A stretch of DNA of 63,907 nt, the filler included, from Chrysochromulina tobinii (taxonomy: Eukaryota): NCBI GenBank assembly GCA_001275005.1. It is 11 parts of 11 records of this genome, joined end to end, with 100 filler letters (N's around TTAATTAATTAA, not from the genome) between each part and the next. Parts side by side here need not be neighbours in the genome. Positions count along the whole stretch, not along the records: positions 62,454 to 63,907 come from JWZX01001162.1; 10 more parts are not named here. One strand, given 5' to 3'. A program made the position numbers and the translations under genes. Positions 62,522-63,907 of this stretch are shown here, piece by piece (position 1 is the first letter of the stretch; every line of letters starts with the position of its first letter). Under the pieces are notes generated by a model. That model did no database searches and was not told the DNA's origin. It worked only from the letters and a program-made list of their open reading frames with translations.

Positions 62522-63907
62522 GCCATCGCCCGGTACCTGCAGCGCGCAAAGCAAGCGGAAGCCGCCATGAAGTCGCGCAACGCGAGGCCGAGCACGATCA
62601 CCGAGCGCAACACCACCGGCACGACCACCACCACCGGCGCCGTCAAGTCGCGCGCGCCCTGGACGGCCAACCTGGAGGCCGCTGCCAACACGCACGCTGC
62701 AGACGATTTCGCCGGCACGCGCGCCAAGGTGCCCGGTGTCGGTGCATGTTTTTTTCATGCGGTCGACAAGTCACATCTCACGCCAGGCGATACTGCCAAA
62801 CACACAGCCCAATATACCAGCACCAGCGACTCCGCAAGCTCGCGCGCGTTTTGGGCAAAGAACACCATCGTCAAGACGCTCGCTACGGCCACAGCAGCAT
62901 CGCAGGCAGCCGAGTCGCGGAGCACCGCCACGTCGCCGCGCGCAGTGAGCACGACCGAAAGGATCAAGCGCAACGCTGCCGGCACGCCCACCACCACCGG
63001 CGCTGTCAAGTCGCGCACGCCACATAATTCCCGGAAAACAAACCAGAAGACCGCTGCCGCCCCACGCACAGCAGACGTCTTCACGGGCACGCGAGTGCAG
63101 GTACCGGGTGATGGCGCATGCCTTTTCAACTCGCTCAAACAGGGCGACATTCGCGCGCGCTCCATCGACTGGATCGAGCAACACCCCGACCATCCCCTCC
63201 TGGTCAACCCTTCAGGCACTGTCACCATCGCCGAGTACGTACAGCTCGAAACCAAGGAGACGCTGAAGAGCTACTGCGCGAGAATGAGAATCGCAGACAC
63301 GTGGGGAGGCCTGCCCGAGCTCGAGGCCATGACACAATTGCTGCGCTCACCAATTCGCGTCTTTGAGAACGCCGGCCATGGACACTTCTACCTCAAGGCC
63401 GTCTTTGGCGAGAAGTTCATCTTCGATTATGCCAACGCCGTGCCGATCGACGTCGTGCACGGGTCGGATCACTACGACTCCCTAATCGACGTACGGCTTC
63501 TGAAGACAAACTCCCCACCACAGATGGCCGACAAGACTACTGAGGACAAGCCCCGCGAGGAGCTTGCCGAGCGCACGGTCTACGACGAGCCCAAGGCCGA
63601 CGTGCGACGCGAGTTCAAGAAGCACGGCACCAACGAGCACGATGACGAGCTCAAGGCCCCCGCGCCCGAGTCTAACGTACCGCACGGACCCAAGACGCGC
63701 AAGACGCTGAACGAGCCCAAGGGAAAGGAGATGTCCGTGCTGCACAAGCACGAGACGCACCATACGCTGACCGAGCACATGAAGCAGGAGGCGCCCGCAA
63801 CGTTCGACAAGCACACGGCGCAGAAGATGCTGGACCCCATCGCCACCCTCACCCTGGAGCTCAGGGCGCTGGGCAAGCTCAAGGAGCTCGAGCTGTTCTC
63901 GAAGACT
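62522..63907 (+). CDS. OTU cysteine-protease domain-containing ORF (no stop within window; not in ORF track)
   Basis: VPGDGACLFNSL (about 63101), TWGGLPELEAM and DHYDSL give the OTU D/C...WG...HY pattern; the frame is open from 62522 to the window end. Confidence 0.85.

Noticed and set aside
1..63907. tRNA, rRNA or viral hallmark genes (capsid, polB, packaging ATPase)
   Set aside because: None recognised by eye; a covariance-model or HMM search would be needed to exclude divergent ones

Overview
This window is not one locus. It is 11 contigs or contig pieces joined by 100-nt artificial linkers (44 N + TTAATTAATTAA + 44 N), so nothing can be inferred across a linker. The DNA is GC-rich and eukaryotic, with spliceosomal introns (several GTGCGC donors) and a nucleus-encoded thylakoid-lumen pentapeptide protein. 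Together with FG-GAP/Pro-rich surface proteins and (GCAATCAG)n-type satellites, this suggests a haptophyte alga (inference). Housekeeping genes include two protein kinases, PP2A B'', a VPS9 GEF, RPLP1, Hsp110, a UPL6/UBE3C-like HECT ligase and an SNF2 ATPase. Mobile DNA includes a DIRS-type tyrosine recombinase, a Copia-like protease region, an OTU-bearing ORF and a 1.2-kb non-autonomous TIR element with a 6-bp target duplication. Two signals stand out. (1) Short CTGATT/CTGATG-type satellite tracts repeatedly sit between 14-22 bp direct duplications of their target, and one of them forms a frame-restoring intron. This looks like an intron-generating insertion process seen at several stages. 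(2) Contig 17135-23218 carries two oppositely oriented arrays of the palindrome CGAGT-CA-ACTCG that bracket a PHD-finger gene and lie next to an HNH-like endonuclease gene. All calls come from reading motifs by eye; no database searches were run.
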